Source of the DNA: Gemmatimonadaceae bacterium
GTDB taxonomy: Bacteria > Gemmatimonadota > Gemmatimonadetes > Gemmatimonadales > Gemmatimonadaceae
Direction: 5' to 3'
DNA: 17,738 nucleotides
Assembly (NCBI GenBank): GCA_040902005.1
Contig: JBBDYA010000101.1
Coordinates: 1-17,738, forward strand
The notes beneath the pieces are model-generated. The model was not told the origin of the DNA. It did no database searches and saw only the letters and a list, made by a program, of their open reading frames with translations. A program made the translations under genes and the position numbers. This document shows positions 1 through 8,364 of the stretch, piece by piece; position 1 is the stretch's first letter, and the number at the start of each line of letters is the position of its first letter.

Positions 1-1135
1 CCGCCCCCCCCCCCCCCTCCCTTCCCTCGAGGAGCGCCTCCGCCATGGCCGCGACGCGCGCTGCCGCTCCCGGTTCGCCCAGCAGCCGACGGACCGCGTC
101 GAGATCCGCGCACACCTCCGCGCGACGTGGGTTGCCCGCATCGAGCAGCGGCTCCAGCGCGGACGCCACCGCTTCGGCGATCAGATGCTCCTGGATGAAC
201 TCAGCGACGATCTGCCGCCCCGCCACCACGTTCACCAGTCCGATGTGAGGCACCTTCACCAGACGCCTGGCGGCGAAGTAGGTGAGTGGATGCGTCCGGT
301 ACGCCACGACGTGCGGACAACCGGCGACGGAGGCTTCCAGCGTGGTCGTGCCACTCTTGCACATCGCCGCGTCGGCCGCGCGCAGGATTGCCAGCGACGA
401 CGAGCGGACCAGGGGAAACGGGCACTGGCCCTCGTCGATGCGCACATCGGGCGCGGCACTCACCACCACCTGGAGCGACGGATCACGCGCGCGCAGGAGG
501 TTGGCGGTCTCTACGAATACGGCGAGGTGCCGCGCGATTTCCTGCGCGCGACTCCCCGGAAAGAGCGCGAGCACGCGTGCGTCGGCCGACAGACGCAGCT
601 GTCGCCGCGCGTCCTCCCGGCTCGGCATGGCGGCCGCGCGGTCCAGCAGGGGGTGGCCCACGAACGTGGCGTCCACGCCATGTGACCGCAGGAGCGTCTC
701 CTCGAACGGCAGAATCACCGCGGCCTTCCGAACCCACTTCGCCAGCTTCTCCAGGCGTCCCGCGCCCCAGGCCCACACCTGCGGAACGATGTAGTACAGG
801 ACCGGCACGCCGGCCTCGGCCGCGGCCTGCGCCACTCGCATGTTGAAGCCGGGATAGTCCACGAGCACCACGAGCGCGACGCGACCGGAGCGCAGCCGGG
901 CCCGCAATCCCGCCAGCAGGCGCCAGTGCCTGGGCACGTGGCGCAGGACCTCCACGAGGCCCAGGACCGCCATCTCGCGGATGTGGTCGTCCAGCTCCAC
1001 GCCAGCCGCCTGCATCAGATCCCCGCCAATGCCGCGCATCCGCACGGGCAGGCCCCGCGCCTTCAGCTCGCGCGCGACGCCCGACGCGTGGAGGTCGCCG
1101 GAGGGTTCGCCGACGACGAAAAGGATCTCACGCAC
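1..1135 (-). CDS. lpxB: Lipid-A-disaccharide synthase LpxB (no stop codon before the window edge)
   Basis: Translated by hand; absent from the ORF track because there is no stop in the window. GTG at 1135 gives MREILFVVGEPSGDLHA, then LVDYPGFN, YYIVPQVWAW, ILPFEE, FVGHPL and FPGSR, all LpxB motifs. It ends ...GEPGAAARVAAMAEALLEGREGGGGA at the edge and overlaps the upstream stop (GTGCGTGA). Confidence 0.95.
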   Translation of the reverse strand, partial: MREILFVVGEPSGDLHASGVARELKARGLPVRMRGIGGDLMQAAGVELDDHIREMAVLGLVEVLRHVPRHWRLLAGLRARLRSGRVALVVLVDYPGFNMRVAQAAAEAGVPVLYYIVPQVWAWGAGRLEKLAKWVRKAAVILPFEETLLRSHGVDATFVGHPLLDRAAAMPSREDARRQLRLSADARVLALFPGSRAQEIARHLAVFVETANLLRARDPSLQVVVSAAPDVRIDEGQCPFPLVRSSSLAILRAADAAMCKSGTTTLEASVAGCPHVVAYRTHPLTYFAARRLVKVPHIGLVNVVAGRQIVAEFIQEHLIAEAVASALEPLLDAGNPRRAEVCADLDAVRRLLGEPGAAARVAAMAEALLEGREGGGGA

Positions 1136-2132
1136 TCCCGACGGGGAGCGAGGGGGGGGCGCCGCGGAGCGCCGGCAGTGTCGCCTCGATCTCCCGGACG
1201 ATTCGAAGTGCCACGGCGAGCGCGTCGCGTCCATCCTCGCCACTCACGACCACCGGCGATTTTCCCTGGAGCGCCGCGATGAAGCTCTCGTGCTCCAGGA
1301 GCAGCGGCTCACCGTCGGGCGCCTTCAGCCGCACGCGCTCCACGAATTTCTCGATCGACTGCGCGGTCTTGGCGAGCTCCACGAGATCCACGTCGTGGCG
1401 CAGCCGGTAGAATTCTCCCCCGCCCGCCGCGAGGTCCAGTGAGAAGTATCCGTTCCGCTGAAAGATGCGCAGCTTGCGCGAGCGATCGCGCGACACCCGG
1501 CTCGCCTTGATGTTGGCCACCGCGCCATTCCCGAACTCGAGCCAGGCATTCGTCATGTCCACGGGGGTGAGCACACCCACCCCGACCGCGCGCACCTCCG
1601 TGACGCGATCGCGCACGAGCGCGTGCACCAGGTCGATGTCGTGGATCATGAGATCGAGCACGACCGCCACGTCGCTTCCGCGCGGGTTGAACGTGGCCAG
1701 ACGTTCGCTCTCGATGAATCGCGGCGCATCCAGGTACGGTTGCGCCGCGCGCAGGGCCCGGTTGAAGCGCTCGACGTGACCGATCTGGAGGAGCGCGCCG
1801 TTCGCGCGCGACAGCGCGAGGAGCTCGTCGGCCTGCTCCAGCGTCGTCGTGATCGGCTTTTCGATCAGCAAAGGGATGCCGCGCCGCAGCGCCTCGCGCG
1901 CGACGTCGAAATGCGCCGGCGTGGGCACTACCACCACCACCGCGTTCACCGCGCCCAGCAGGCCATCCACACTCTCGAAATGGCGCACCCCGAGCTCGCG
2001 GCTCACCTGTGCCGCGCGCTCGGCGTTCCGATCGTGAAACCCCACCAGCGTGGCGCCGGGCGCATTCCGCAGCAGGCGAATGTGATGAAAGCCCAGCGCC
2101 CCGGCACCCAGCACGCCGATCCGGACGCTCAA
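1128..2132 (-). CDS. Gfo/Idh/MocA-family NAD-dependent oxidoreductase, GnnA-like (putative UDP-GlcNAc 3-dehydrogenase), 334 aa
   Basis: Rossmann motif IGVLGAGALG, plus LIEKP, GHVERFN and DVAVVLDLMIHDID. It lies between lpxA and lpxB. Start reassigned to TTG at 2132, overlapping the lpxA stop (TTGA); the 482-aa ORF-track version extends into lpxA. Confidence 0.85.
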   Translation of the reverse strand: MSVRIGVLGAGALGFHHIRLLRNAPGATLVGFHDRNAERAAQVSRELGVRHFESVDGLLGAVNAVVVVVPTPAHFDVAREALRRGIPLLIEKPITTTLEQADELLALSRANGALLQIGHVERFNRALRAAQPYLDAPRFIESERLATFNPRGSDVAVVLDLMIHDIDLVHALVRDRVTEVRAVGVGVLTPVDMTNAWLEFGNGAVANIKASRVSRDRSRKLRIFQRNGYFSLDLAAGGGEFYRLRHDVDLVELAKTAQSIEKFVERVRLKAPDGEPLLLEHESFIAALQGKSPVVVSGEDGRDALAVALRIVREIEATLPALRGAPPSLPVGSA

Positions 2133-2905
2133 ATGACCACCCCGCGGTCGCTGCGTTCGAAAAATCGCAGAAACTCCTCCACCTCGGGAATGTGCTGCAG
2201 TTCGCTCTCCGCGCGCGCGCGCGCCTGCGACACGTTCAGTTCCGACTTGAAGAACAGACGGTACGCGCGCTTCAGCTCGCGGATCACATCCTCCGGAAAT
2301 CCGTTCCGCTGCAGCCCAACGGTGTTCAATCCGTACAACTTGACCGGATTGCCCACCGCCTTCACGTACGGCGGCACGTCCTTGGCTACGCGCGAGCAGC
2401 CCCCGATGAAACTGTACCGGCCGATGAGCGCAAACTGGTGCACCGCCGACACGCCGGACAGGATGGCCTTCTCTTCCACCGTCACGTGCCCCGCGAGCTG
2501 CGTGGCATTCGAGATGATCACGCCGTCGCCAATGTGGCAATCGTGCGCGAGGTGCACGTACGACATGATGAAGCAACCGCGGCCGACGGTGGTCTTCATG
2601 GACTCGGACGTGCCGCGATTCACCGTGGAGTACTCGCGGATGACGCTCCCTTCCCCGACCTCCACCGTCGTTTCCTCACCCTGGAACTTGAGGTCCTGCG
2701 GATCGCCCCCCAGCACCGACCCCACCCCAACCCGGACGCGCTTCGCCAGCTTCACGTTGCGCTCGAGCACCGCGTGGGCGCCGATGATGCAACCCTCGTC
2801 GATCACGCATCCGTCGCCGATGATCGCGTACGGGCCGATCACCACGTCAGCGGCGATCTCCGCGTGACGCGAGACGATCGCCGTGGCGTGCACCGGCGCG
2901 GTCAT
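2129..2905 (-). CDS. lpxA: Acyl-ACP--UDP-N-acetylglucosamine acyltransferase LpxA, 258 aa
   Basis: Hexapeptide repeats with GGDPQDLKF, IREYSTVNRGT, HLAHDC, LAGHV, VHQF, KDVPPY and GLNTVGLQR. ATG at 2905 overlaps the lpxC-fabZ stop (ATGA). Confidence 0.96.
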   Translation of the reverse strand: MTAPVHATAIVSRHAEIAADVVIGPYAIIGDGCVIDEGCIIGAHAVLERNVKLAKRVRVGVGSVLGGDPQDLKFQGEETTVEVGEGSVIREYSTVNRGTSESMKTTVGRGCFIMSYVHLAHDCHIGDGVIISNATQLAGHVTVEEKAILSGVSAVHQFALIGRYSFIGGCSRVAKDVPPYVKAVGNPVKLYGLNTVGLQRNGFPEDVIRELKRAYRLFFKSELNVSQARARAESELQHIPEVEEFLRFFERSDRGVVI

Positions 2906-4176
2906 CGGTCCCGCACCATGGCGCCCATGTCTGCCTCGCAGACCGGTTCGCCGTCCACCTTCGCGACGCCCCTCATCTTGCACACCATGCCGCGCACCTG
3001 GAGCAGGTCGAGTTCGAACCGCAGCTGATCGCCCGGCTTGACCGGCCGGCGCCACTTCACGTTGTTGAGCGAGGTGAAATACACGACCTTGCTCTGGGGA
3101 TCCTCGATGGCGCCCAGCAGCAGCACCCCGCCCACCTGCGCCATGGCCTCGATGATCAGCACCCCCGGCATGATGGGATGCCCCGGAAAATGGCCCTGAA
3201 AGAAGGGCTCGTTGATCGTGACGTTCTTGATGCCGACGACCCGCTTTCCGGCGACCACCTCCACGATCCGGTCCACCAGCAGGAAGGGATAGCGGTGCGG
3301 CAGCACCTTCATGATGTCTTCGATTCCAAGCTCGGCCACGGTCGTTCCTCTCGTCTGCGACGCGCGCATCGCGCGCACCAGTTGCACGGTTCCCCTGTGG
3401 CTCGGACGCCGCGCGACAATCCGCGCTCGGACGCGGCCGCCCGCGAGCGTCAGATCACCCACACAGTCCAGCGCCTTGTGCCGCACGAATTCGTCCGGCC
3501 ACCGCAATGTCGTGTCCACCAGCCCCACTTCGTCCAGCACCACCGCGTTCCTCGTCGACGCACCCCGGATCAGCCCCATGGCCCGCAGGGATTCTACTTC
3601 ATGCATGAATCCGAAGGTCCGCGCGCCCGCCAACTCGGTCGCAAAGCTCGCGGGTCCGATCTCATAGCGCCCATGCTGCGTCCCGATCAGCTGGTGCGGA
3701 AACTCGATCGTCACGTCGAGCTGCAGCGTCTCGCAGGGATACGCCTCGTATTCGGCGACGCCATCCGAGAACCGCACGGGCTCTTCCAGGTCCAAATACT
3801 GCACCGTCCCCGCCTGCGACGCGATCCCCGCCCGCTGAAGTGCCTCCACGAACGGCTGCGCGCTGCCGTCCACGATCGGCGGCTCCGGGCCGCTCAGCGC
3901 GATCGTGAGGTCGTCAAGCTCCAGAGCGCCGACCGCCGCAAGCACGTGCTCCACCGTGTGCACGGACACGGGGTCGATCCCCAGTTGCGTGCGACGCTCG
4001 GTCAGGACGGCCGCGTCCACGTCCGCGGGTATGGTCGGTTCGCCCGGCAGGTCCGTCCGCTGGAACCGGATCCCCGCGCCGCTTGGCGCCGGCTGGAACG
4101 TGAGGCGGCACTCGACCCCAAGGTGCAGCCCGACGCCCTCGATGGACGCCGGACGAGCGACCGTGTTACGGCTCAC
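2902..4176 (-). CDS. lpxC/fabZ: Bifunctional LpxC-FabZ fusion (UDP-3-O-acyl-GlcNAc deacetylase / 3-hydroxyacyl-ACP dehydratase), 424 aa
   Basis: N-terminal LpxC motifs GVGLHLG, TVEHVLAA, EPPIVDGSA, ARTFGF and EFVRHKALDCVGDL. C-terminal FabZ motifs LPHRYPFLLVDRI and FFQGHFPGHPIMPGVLIIEAMAQ. One uninterrupted frame; GTG at 4176 overlaps the lpxD stop (GTGA). Confidence 0.95.
   Translation of the reverse strand: MSRNTVARPASIEGVGLHLGVECRLTFQPAPSGAGIRFQRTDLPGEPTIPADVDAAVLTERRTQLGIDPVSVHTVEHVLAAVGALELDDLTIALSGPEPPIVDGSAQPFVEALQRAGIASQAGTVQYLDLEEPVRFSDGVAEYEAYPCETLQLDVTIEFPHQLIGTQHGRYEIGPASFATELAGARTFGFMHEVESLRAMGLIRGASTRNAVVLDEVGLVDTTLRWPDEFVRHKALDCVGDLTLAGGRVRARIVARRPSHRGTVQLVRAMRASQTRGTTVAELGIEDIMKVLPHRYPFLLVDRIVEVVAGKRVVGIKNVTINEPFFQGHFPGHPIMPGVLIIEAMAQVGGVLLLGAIEDPQSKVVYFTSLNNVKWRRPVKPGDQLRFELDLLQVRGMVCKMRGVAKVDGEPVCEADMGAMVRDR
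3337..3352 (-). promoter_or_regulatory. Candidate internal ribosome-binding site and in-frame GTG at the start of the FabZ domain
   Basis: The minus strand reads GAGAGGA-ACGACC-GTG GCC GAG CTT. The GTG (3339) is in frame and would give a 145-aa FabZ. Confidence 0.4.
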
Positions 4177-5252
4177 GAGCCCTTGCGACCCAGGGGATCG
4201 AGCAGTTGGTCCAGACGTTTCATCATCGCGCTGAGCTTGAACAAGGTTGCCTGCGCGCGCAGCGCCTCCCGATGGGGGCGCGCGGGATAGCCCGACCACG
4301 TTTCGCCGGCGGGCACGTCGCCAAACACGCCCGACTGACCACCGATCCGGGCGCCCTTGCCGATGGTATGGTGGCCCTGAAAGCCGGCCTGGCCGCCGAT
4401 CACCACGCCCTCCTCGATGCGCGCGGACCCGGAGATGCCGACCTGCGCGGCAATCATGCACAACGGGCCGACCCGCACGTTGTGCGCGATATGCACCAGG
4501 TTGTCGATCTTCGTGCCCGCCCCGATCACGGTATCGTCGATGCTGCCGCGATCGATCGTGGTCCCGGCGCCGATTTCAACGTCGTCCTCCACCAGGCACC
4601 GACCGACGTGCGGAATCTTCGCGTGGCGGTTGTCCCGGAAGACATACCCGAAGCCGTCCGAGCCCAGCACGGCGCCGGCATGCACGAGCACGCGCGCCCC
4701 GAGCTGCGTCCCTGCATAGAGCGTCACGCCGGGAAAGAGATGCGTGTCGTCGCCGATCAGGACGCCGGCGCCGATCACGCAGTGCGCGTCGATCGTCACG
4801 CGGTCGCCCACCACCGCCCCGTCGCCCACGTGCACGTACGGCCCGATGCACGCGGCGTCACCGATGCGGGCGTGTCGCCCGACGATGGCCGTGGCATGCA
4901 CTCCCGGCGACCGGTCCGCCACACGATACAGCCGCGGCAGCAGGCCGAGCAGCGCGTCGTGCGGCTTGGCCACCACGACACGCGCCGGCGCCGCGGACGA
5001 GGCGCCCGAGATCTCTGGTGTGATCAGCACGACCGACGCCCGCGTGCCCGCGAGCTGCGTCGAGTACTTCGGGGAGGCACAGAAGGTCAGTTGTCCCGCG
5101 ATCGCGCGATCGAGCGACGCCACGCTCGTGACGCTCGCGGTTCCGTCGCCGTGCAGCTGCCCGCCGGTCAGCTGTGCAATGACAGCGGCGGTGAGGACGC
5201 TACCGCCCTCACCGCCGGATTCGTGAATGGTTGCGGCTGCGCGAGGCGTCAC
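4173..5252 (-). CDS. lpxD: UDP-3-O-(3-hydroxyacyl)glucosamine N-acyltransferase LpxD, 359 aa
   Basis: Hexapeptide repeats with GSDGFGY, KIPHVG, EIGAGTTIDRG, TKIDNLVHIAHNV and GYPARP. The GTG start overlaps the skp stop (GTGA). Confidence 0.95.
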   Translation of the reverse strand: MTPRAAATIHESGGEGGSVLTAAVIAQLTGGQLHGDGTASVTSVASLDRAIAGQLTFCASPKYSTQLAGTRASVVLITPEISGASSAAPARVVVAKPHDALLGLLPRLYRVADRSPGVHATAIVGRHARIGDAACIGPYVHVGDGAVVGDRVTIDAHCVIGAGVLIGDDTHLFPGVTLYAGTQLGARVLVHAGAVLGSDGFGYVFRDNRHAKIPHVGRCLVEDDVEIGAGTTIDRGSIDDTVIGAGTKIDNLVHIAHNVRVGPLCMIAAQVGISGSARIEEGVVIGGQAGFQGHHTIGKGARIGGQSGVFGDVPAGETWSGYPARPHREALRAQATLFKLSAMMKRLDQLLDPLGRKGS

Positions 5253-5869
5253 TCGCCTGGTGGGCGCGGCCTCGTGACCCCGGCCGGAGTCGCCGTGGGC
5301 GTGCCGGACGGCCGCGCCGGCGTGGCCGCGGGCCGCGTGACGGACAGGGTGCGGAGGCGCGCCACGACGCGATCGGTGATGTCGAGATTCCGGTCCGCCA
5401 CGAGGATGGGCGATGCGCCCGGCTCGCTGCTGAGGATCATCGCGTAGCCGTCCTCGGCCCGGATGTCCTCGAGCACCTTGCGCACGCTCTCCATGATCGG
5501 CGCCATCAATTCGCTCTGGCGACGCCCGGCCTGCTCCTCGAGCTCCTGCTGGCGCTGGCGCAGTGAATCCTCCTTCGCCGCGATCGCCCGCTGCCGCCGC
5601 TCCCGATTCGCCGCCGAGAGCTGCGCCTCCTCGCGCTGGTAGTCGGCGACCATCTTGCTCAGCGCTTCACCGATGCGGCCGAGCTCCGCGCGATAGCCCT
5701 CTGTTTCTTTCTGGAACGCCGCTTCCGCCTGCTCGCGGCCCGGCGCGCTCTGGAACAGCGCCTGGGGATTTACATAGGCAATGCGTATCGGCGCCTGCTG
5801 CGCCAACGCGGTTCCGCTCACGCCAGCGAGTGCGGCGACCGCGCACATCGCGCGAAAAATGGATCGCAT
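5249..5869 (-). CDS. skp: OmpH/Skp periplasmic outer-membrane-protein chaperone, 206 aa
   Basis: Sec signal peptide (MRSIFRAMCAVAALAGVSGTALA), RIAYVN strand, long coiled coil, GYAMIL and DITDRVV. It sits between bamA and lpxD and has a GGAG SD upstream of the ATG. Confidence 0.9.
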   Translation of the reverse strand: MRSIFRAMCAVAALAGVSGTALAQQAPIRIAYVNPQALFQSAPGREQAEAAFQKETEGYRAELGRIGEALSKMVADYQREEAQLSAANRERRQRAIAAKEDSLRQRQQELEEQAGRRQSELMAPIMESVRKVLEDIRAEDGYAMILSSEPGASPILVADRNLDITDRVVARLRTLSVTRPAATPARPSGTPTATPAGVTRPRPPGE

Positions 5870-5881
5870 GAATACTCCGGT

Positions 5882-8299
5882 TTAGAAGAACTGGCCGAAC
5901 TTGAAATGAACCTGCCAGCCCGGACTCCGCCGGCCTTGCAGATCGAGTCGATCAAATCCATACCCGAGATCGAGGCCCAGGGGTCCCAACGGCGTCACCA
6001 GGGCCGCGCCAAAACCGGCGCCTCGGAACAGACGCGTCGGGTTGAAGTCGCGAGCCCGCTGCCAGATGTTGCCGACATCGACAAATGAGGAAAGATAGAG
6101 TTGCGGGCTCACGCGCAGACCAAGCTCGGCCGATGTGGTGAAGAAGGCGCGCCCGAAGGACGATTCGGTGGCCGAGAACGCATCGGTGTTCCCCACGTAG
6201 CCGAGCGGCGAGATCGAGAACTCGTCGTATCCACGGAGTTGTTCGCCGTACTGAACGCCGCCCAGGGAGAACGCCTGGTACACGAAGAACGGTCCCGGAT
6301 CTCCCAGCAGCATGCCCACCTTGCTCGTCAACCCGGTCACGACCTTGAGCGGTTGTGAGCCCGGCGCCCCGCCGCCGATCGTGGCCAGCGTGGCATAGCC
6401 ACGCAGTTCACCGGTGTACCGCGAATAGGCCGCCGTGCCGCCAAGCGGCCCGCCGTTGAACTGCGCCGATACGGACTGGCGCGCGCCGCCGCTGGCAAAC
6501 GGCAGATCGCTGCGCGTATCGCGCTCGAGCGTGCTCCCGACGCTCGACCGGAAGCACTTCCGCGCGGTGCCGCACTGAATCGTGCCGGTGAGCCCCTCCT
6601 CGCCGGTCTTCACGGATTCGCCGCTGTAGTCGAGATAGAGCCGCGTGAAGTTCGACCCCATCACGGGGAAGCCGAAGCGGATCTGGCCGCCCGCCCGGGT
6701 GAACCGCCCGAGATTCTGCACGATGTACCGCGTGCGTGTGTTGTAGAGCGAAACCTGCCCCGAGATGCGGGAGTCCCGGATGCGTGGATCGGTGTAGGAC
6801 AGGTTGAAATCGTTGATGTAGCGCCCGAACTGCCATTGGAGCGCGCCCCGCTTGCAGGTGCCGAACAGGTTGGGCTGGTCGAAGCCGACGAATCCGCCGA
6901 CCCCCGTGCCCTGGCCCAACGACGCGCCGAAGCTGACGTTCCCCGTTTTCCGCTCCGTCACGCGGAAGATGATGTCGATGTCGCCCTGCTCGTTCGCCTG
7001 CTGCGTGTCGGGGTTCGGGACCGGCGTCTCGAAGAACTGCATCTGCGAAATGTTCTGATAGCTGCGCAACAGCCGATCGCGGCTGAACACGTCGCCGGGG
7101 AGAATCTGAATCTGATCGCGGATGCAGGCTTCGGTGGTGATGTCGTTCCCGAGGATCTGCACGCGGTTGACGATCGCCGGCGTACGCTCCTCGATGTCCC
7201 ACCGCAGGTGCACGGTGGGCACGGAGTCCGGACCGACCAATTCCCGCTCCACCACCGGGCGCACGTCGGCGTAGATATAGCCGGCGTTCTGATATGCCTC
7301 CGCCACCTGCAGCGTCGCCAGTTCCCACCGGGACTGGTCAAAGACGTTGTCGGGATCGCTGTTGCCCCGGCCGATCACGCCAGTCACGGCCTCGCGCAGC
7401 GTGCGCCCGCGATCGGTGAACGGAAAAAATCGGCGAATCTCGACATCCGAGAAACGGCGGGCGCCGTTCACCTCGAATTGGCCAACGACGTATTGCGGTC
7501 CTTCCTCCACCCCGATCAACACCAGCGCCTTTCCACGCTCCCGATCCACCATGACGGTGTCGCGCACCAGCTGCATGTCGATGAAGCCCCGCTTGCCGTA
7601 CGCCAGGGGAATGCGCTCGGCGAGGTCCCCCGCGTACTTGTCGTCGTCGAACTCGCCCTTCTTCCACCAGAAGAATCCTTCGGGACGAATCTCCATCTCC
7701 GCCACGATGTCCTTGCTCGAGAGCCGCGCGTTGCCCTCCACATTGACGCCCGAGACGGCGAGGCGGCGCCCCTCGTCCACGAGGAACGTCACCTTCGGGC
7801 CAGCCGCCACAAAGGTCGTTTCGGCTCGCACTTCCGCGAGGTAGTAGCCCTTGGATTCGTAGAGGGAATCGATGCGTGCGATGACCCTGGCGACCTGTGC
7901 GGGATCGATCGGCCGGCCGATCAGCATGTCCACCTGGTCCCGGACCGACCCGGCGGACACGCGATCCGGACCCGCGACGGCCACGTCACCCAGCAGCGGC
8001 CGCTCCCGCAGCTGGAACACGAGCATCGATCGGCCATCCGCAACCTCGCACTGGATGCGCACGTCATCGAACTGCGTGGTCGCGTACAGGTCACGAATCG
8101 CGCGCTGCAGGGCGCGGTAGTTCAGGGCGGTGCGCGGCGCGATCCCGACGTCCGCGCGCAGCGCCGCCTCGGCCAGCCGCGCGTTGCCGCGGAACGCGAC
8201 CGTGTCGGGTTGGGCGCAGGGGCCTGCCGCGCGCTCTTGAGCCGCGGCTCCGCTGGCCGCCATGAGCAGTACGGCCGTTCGTACAACCAGTCTTCGCAT
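5882..8299 (-). CDS. bamA: Outer membrane protein assembly factor BamA (Omp85), 805 aa
   Basis: Signal peptide from ATG 8299 (MRRLVVRTAVLLMAASGAAAQ) and POTRA repeats (FRGN, VEGN, ILGN; LYESKGY). Barrel motifs NLFG, LSYTDP, LRGY and TPLGPLGLDLGYG, with C-terminal beta-signal HFKFGQFF. An alternative in-frame GTG exists at 8368. Confidence 0.95.
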   Translation of the reverse strand: MRRLVVRTAVLLMAASGAAAQERAAGPCAQPDTVAFRGNARLAEAALRADVGIAPRTALNYRALQRAIRDLYATTQFDDVRIQCEVADGRSMLVFQLRERPLLGDVAVAGPDRVSAGSVRDQVDMLIGRPIDPAQVARVIARIDSLYESKGYYLAEVRAETTFVAAGPKVTFLVDEGRRLAVSGVNVEGNARLSSKDIVAEMEIRPEGFFWWKKGEFDDDKYAGDLAERIPLAYGKRGFIDMQLVRDTVMVDRERGKALVLIGVEEGPQYVVGQFEVNGARRFSDVEIRRFFPFTDRGRTLREAVTGVIGRGNSDPDNVFDQSRWELATLQVAEAYQNAGYIYADVRPVVERELVGPDSVPTVHLRWDIEERTPAIVNRVQILGNDITTEACIRDQIQILPGDVFSRDRLLRSYQNISQMQFFETPVPNPDTQQANEQGDIDIIFRVTERKTGNVSFGASLGQGTGVGGFVGFDQPNLFGTCKRGALQWQFGRYINDFNLSYTDPRIRDSRISGQVSLYNTRTRYIVQNLGRFTRAGGQIRFGFPVMGSNFTRLYLDYSGESVKTGEEGLTGTIQCGTARKCFRSSVGSTLERDTRSDLPFASGGARQSVSAQFNGGPLGGTAAYSRYTGELRGYATLATIGGGAPGSQPLKVVTGLTSKVGMLLGDPGPFFVYQAFSLGGVQYGEQLRGYDEFSISPLGYVGNTDAFSATESSFGRAFFTTSAELGLRVSPQLYLSSFVDVGNIWQRARDFNPTRLFRGAGFGAALVTPLGPLGLDLGYGFDRLDLQGRRSPGWQVHFKFGQFF

Positions 8300-8305
8300 C
8301 GTCCC

Positions 8306-8354
8306 AAAATATACACGGCCACCGGCCGGCCGGGTCCGTCCCGGCCGTCCGTGT
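8306..8354 (-). terminator. GC-rich hairpin between clpC and bamA, followed by ATATTTT (possible weak terminator or processing stem; overlaps a TATATT -10-like hexamer)
   Basis: Stem CGGCCGGG (8327-8334) / CCCGGCCG (8340-8347) with a 5-nt loop, and an outer ACACGG (8313-8318) / CCGTGT (8349-8354) pair. TATATT lies at 8313-8308 on the minus strand. Confidence 0.4.
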
Positions 8355-8364
8355 TCACCCCCGC

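Noticed and set aside
1152..1159. G8 tract near the oxidoreductase 3' end as a phase-variable switch
   Set aside because: The tract is short and lies in a Pro-coding C-terminal tail of GC-rich DNA, with no evidence of variation.
2133..2576. N-terminal extension of the 482-aa oxidoreductase ORF
   Set aside because: It overlaps lpxA in another frame. Homology starts at the Rossmann motif just after TTG 2132. The same reasoning applies to the extended starts given for lpxA (3055) and lpxC (4461).
5190..5345. Pro/Thr-rich Skp tail and N-terminal LpxD extension as a separate element
   Set aside because: Both look like disordered terminal extensions filling a translationally coupled junction, with no independent ORF or structure that I could support.
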